NCBI GenBank assembly: GCA_965249485.1
Contig: OZ252239.1
Span: 960,001-1,024,000, forward strand
Length of the DNA: 64,000 nucleotides
Reading direction: 5' to 3'
DNA from: a bacterium
Lineage (GTDB): Bacteria > SM23-31
This document shows, one piece after another, positions 63,550 through 64,000 of the stretch (its first letter is position 1; each line of letters starts with the position of its first letter). The notes beneath the pieces are model-generated. The model worked only from the letters and a program-made list of their open reading frames with translations. It was not told the DNA's origin and searched no databases. Made by a program: the position numbers and the translations under genes.

Positions 63550-63583
63550 TAAAACACTCCCCGGGATGTACGATTTGCGAACG
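63550..63583 (-). repeat. Box A repeat copy
   Basis: TAAAACACTCCCCGGGATGTACGATTTGCGAACG. Confidence 0.8.
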
Positions 63584-63627
63584 TTTTCAATGCTGATCTG
63601 CTATCATTCAATAGCTTCATCGCCACA

Positions 63628-64000
63628 TTACCAGGGTAACGGTGCAATTCGGGGAAGTTTCTCATCACGCATTGCAGCATGATACGCAAATGTTGCCAGG
63701 ACGACAGCAGCTTGCGTTAGACCCTCAGGATAGAGGCGTTCATATACATCCATATTTGTGTGGGCGTTCCAGTCATCTATCTCTTTTCTATCATGGTTAA
63801 AATAAAAGCCAATCAATCCAACTTCTTTGTAAGCTTCATGTTCAAATCCTGTGGTGAAAAGATGTGACATTCCAAGGCTATGCAAGGGTTTTATCCACTC
63901 GGTTATTATCCCCCGGACAGCTTCATTTCCCATGATGGAAACGCCCCGTATGCTGCCGGGACCGATATCAACATTAAAATACGCAGAAAGATTATTATAA
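63628..64000 (-). CDS. M28 peptidase, 3' part (paralog of 11023-12570), cut by the window edge
   Basis: LSAYFNVDIG, HTNMDVYERL, identical C-terminus YHAAMRDEKLPRIAPLPW. Confidence 0.85.
   Translation of the reverse strand, partial: YNNLSAYFNVDIGPGSIRGVSIMGNEAVRGIITEWIKPLHSLGMSHLFTTGFEHEAYKEVGLIGFYFNHDRKEIDDWNAHTNMDVYERLYPEGLTQAAVVLATFAYHAAMRDEKLPRIAPLPW

Noticed and set aside
9116..63583. Box A as a CRISPR repeat
   Set aside because: Copies are separated by whole genes and are divergent; there are no fixed-length spacers and no cas genes

Overview
Bacterial accessory region, probably from a metagenome-assembled heterotroph. It is dominated by single genes for exported catabolic enzymes: 7 M24-like peptidase paralogs, 3 VPS10/BNR beta-propellers, 2 M28 peptidases, S9 and M19 peptidases, GGT, DUF885, an amidohydrolase, a sulfatase, DUF1080, a cyclase, RidA and DinB. 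Two AT-rich blocks (a two-component cluster and a non-phosphorylative sugar-catabolism operon) and a MarR-oxidoreductase block lie among them. The main signal is non-coding. A ~40 bp element (box A, in gene sense GGTTCGCAAATCGTACAGCCCGAGGAGYAGAAAACACTTG) occurs in about 12 clear and about 12 degenerate copies at gene boundaries. It usually runs into a TTGYAA-17bp-TACTAT promoter and then a second motif (box B, TCCAACRTGTTCTGAYGACRTA). This gives a site-gene-site cassette-like array that is not attC-like, and no recombinase is encoded in the window. Also seen: a variant or decayed TPP riboswitch with terminator ahead of a non-thiamine gene, 9-bp phased repeats upstream of an Xis-like HTH response regulator, and about 12 disrupted ORFs, many probably sequencing indels. 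All alignments were made by eye; no searches were run.
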